Below are positions 62,520 to 64,000 of a DNA stretch of 64,000 bases, piece after piece. Each line of letters begins with the position of its first letter. Within the stretch, counting starts at the first letter, position 1. The stretch is from the NCBI GenBank assembly GCA_963836185.1, contig CAWIIQ010000001.1, positions 32,001-96,000 of the forward strand, in the 5' to 3' direction. A model generated the notes under the pieces. The model was not told the origin of the DNA and ran no database searches. It was given only the letters and a program-made list of their open reading frames with translations. The stretch comes from Candidatus Krumholzibacteriia bacterium (GTDB lineage Bacteria > Krumholzibacteriota > Krumholzibacteriia > Krumholzibacteriales > Krumholzibacteriaceae). The position numbers and the translations under genes are program-made.

Positions 62520-63074
62520 ATGGCTGAAAAAAAACCGAATGTCAGGCGGCTTTACGAAGAGAAGGCCATTCCCGAACTGATGAAGAAGTTCGGGTACAAG
62601 AATATCATGCAGGTGCCGCGTTTCGAAAAGATCGTCGTCAACATGGGGGTCGGAGAGGCCCAGCAGGACGCCAAGATCCTCGACGCGGCAGTAAAGGACA
62701 TGACTACGATCACGGGGCAGGCCCCGGTCGTATCCAGGGCGCGCAAGTCGATAGCGGGCTTCAAGCTCCGCGAAGGAGTCCCCGTGGGCTGCTTCGTCAC
62801 CCTCAGGGGAGAGCGCATGTGGGAGTTCTTCGACAGGCTCGTTAACGTCGCTGTCCCTCGAATCAGGGATTTCCGCGGCTTGAGCCCGAAGAGTTTCGAT
62901 GGACGGGGCAATTACTCGTTCGGCGTAAGAGAGCAGATCATATTCCCCGAGATCGATTACGACAAGATCCTGAAGGTCATGGGTATGGATATAACGATTG
63001 TAACAAGTGCCGGTACTGACGAAGAGGCCAGGGAGCTGATAACGCTCCTGGGTATGCCTCTGCGTCAGAACTGA
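62520..63074 (+). CDS. rplE: 50S ribosomal protein uL5
   Basis: [24 protein letters not shown]. Confidence 0.98.
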   Translation: MAEKKPNVRRLYEEKAIPELMKKFGYKNIMQVPRFEKIVVNMGVGEAQQDAKILDAAVKDMTTITGQAPVVSRARKSIAGFKLREGVPVGCFVTLRGERMWEFFDRLVNVAVPRIRDFRGLSPKSFDGRGNYSFGVREQIIFPEIDYDKILKVMGMDITIVTSAGTDEEARELITLLGMPLRQN

Positions 63075-63088
63075 TCCAAGGAGGCTTC

Positions 63089-63274
63089 GTGGCCAAGAAG
63101 TGTTTGATAGCGAAAGCTAAAAGGGCGCCAAAGTTCAAGGTCCGCACATACAACCGGTGCAGCCGGTGCGGACGCTCGAGGGCGTACCTCAGGAGATTCG
63201 GAATCTGCCGCATATGCTTCAGGGAACTGGCGCTCGAGGGCAAGATCCCCGGTGTCGTCAAGGCAAGCTGGTAG
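63089..63274 (+). CDS. rpsN: 30S ribosomal protein uS14 (Zn-binding type Z)
   Basis: RCSRCGR...[16 protein letters not shown]. Confidence 0.97.
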   Translation: MAKKCLIAKAKRAPKFKVRTYNRCSRCGRSRAYLRRFGICRICFRELALEGKIPGVVKASW

Positions 63275-63311
63275 TGCCGTTGGTATTGAAACAGACGAGG
63301 TGAATTTAGAG

Positions 63312-63707
63312 ATGATGACCGATCCCATTGCTGACATGCTGACCAGGATCAGAAACGCGTACAGGTCCAACAAGGACCATGTGGACATTCCTGCGTCGAA
63401 GATCAAGGCTCAGATCGCGCGGATAATGCTCGAGGGCGGATACATTAAGAACGTCAAGTTTATCGACGACGGCCTTCAGGGCTCGATTCGCGTTTACATT
63501 AAATACAACGAAGGCCGCAGATCGGCCATTGAGGGCATCCGAAGGATCAGCCTGCCCAGCCGCAGGGTGTATGTCACGAGAGACAGGCTTCCCAGGGTAA
63601 TGGGCGGCTTCGGCACTGCCATCATTTCGACGTCGCATGGAATAATGACCGACAAGGAAGCCCGCAAGGACGGCGTGGGCGGCGAGGTGCTCTGCCACAT
63701 CTGGTAG
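63312..63707 (+). CDS. rpsH: 30S ribosomal protein uS8
   Basis: [25 protein letters not shown]. Confidence 0.97.
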   Translation: MMTDPIADMLTRIRNAYRSNKDHVDIPASKIKAQIARIMLEGGYIKNVKFIDDGLQGSIRVYIKYNEGRRSAIEGIRRISLPSRRVYVTRDRLPRVMGGFGTAIISTSHGIMTDKEARKDGVGGEVLCHIW

Positions 63708-63735
63708 CGCTGCGCAGACGGAGGTTTAGAGAGTA

Positions 63736-64000
63736 ATGTCACGAGTTGGTAAGAATCCGATACAGGTCCCGGCCGGGGTGACGGTCGAGTTGAAGAACAA
63801 CAATATCAAGGTCAAGGGACCGAAGGGCGAGCTCGCGAGGACACTGCACCCTGACATGATCGTCGAAGCGTCGGCGGATGTAATCCTCGTGAAGAGGCCG
63901 ACCGAATCGAAGCCGCACAAATCGCTTCACGGACTGACCCGCACCCTCATCTTCAACATGGTCGAGGGAGTTTCGACAGGCTTTACACGTAACCTTGAGA
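63736..64000 (+). CDS. rplF: 50S ribosomal protein uL6 (3' truncated by window edge)
   Basis: MSRVGKNPI.VPAGV, VKGPKGEL, HGLTRTLIFNMVEGV. Confidence 0.95.
   Translation, partial: MSRVGKNPIQVPAGVTVELKNNNIKVKGPKGELARTLHPDMIVEASADVILVKRPTESKPHKSLHGLTRTLIFNMVEGVSTGFTRNLE

Overview
GC-rich bacterial chromosome segment, almost all on the + strand, made mostly of core genes. In order: two tandem membrane GAF/histidine-kinase/GAF/HD-GYP hybrids plus a single-domain response regulator; priA; a TPR lipoprotein; rho-rpmE-DUF1385-prfA-prmC-murA-selB-ispG; an orphan secreted protein; rqcH (minus strand); yicC-gmk-rpoZ-coaBC-udg-dnaB-mlaEFD-ispDF-gltX-ddl-M42 peptidase-cysS; a minus-strand three-gene cassette; four tRNAs; tuf-rpmG-secE-nusG-rplKAJL-rpoBC; the str operon with a second tuf; and the S10/spc operons up to a truncated rplF. 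Many essential genes carry small indel frameshifts. One tuf copy has a 1-nt insertion that its near-identical twin lacks, so these are most likely long-read or assembly errors rather than pseudogenes. The best candidate for an undescribed system is the cassette at 35448-37526: a Cys-rich, very acidic surface protein with a non-canonical 'VPVPLF-TM-KR' C-terminal sorting signal, an exosortase with an intact Cys-Arg-His triad, and an apparently non-catalytic exosortase-like partner. The second candidate is the pair of kinases fused to degenerate HD-GYP domains. Also notable are a bL12 with a long charged N-terminal extension and a possible second start, an acidic NusG extension, apparently leaderless priA and rqcH, and an in-frame murA-selB junction. 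The organism looks diderm (Mla/MCE, lipoprotein, exosortase). An FCB-associated candidate phylum such as Latescibacterota/Krumholzibacteriota is a guess only. No database searches were run.
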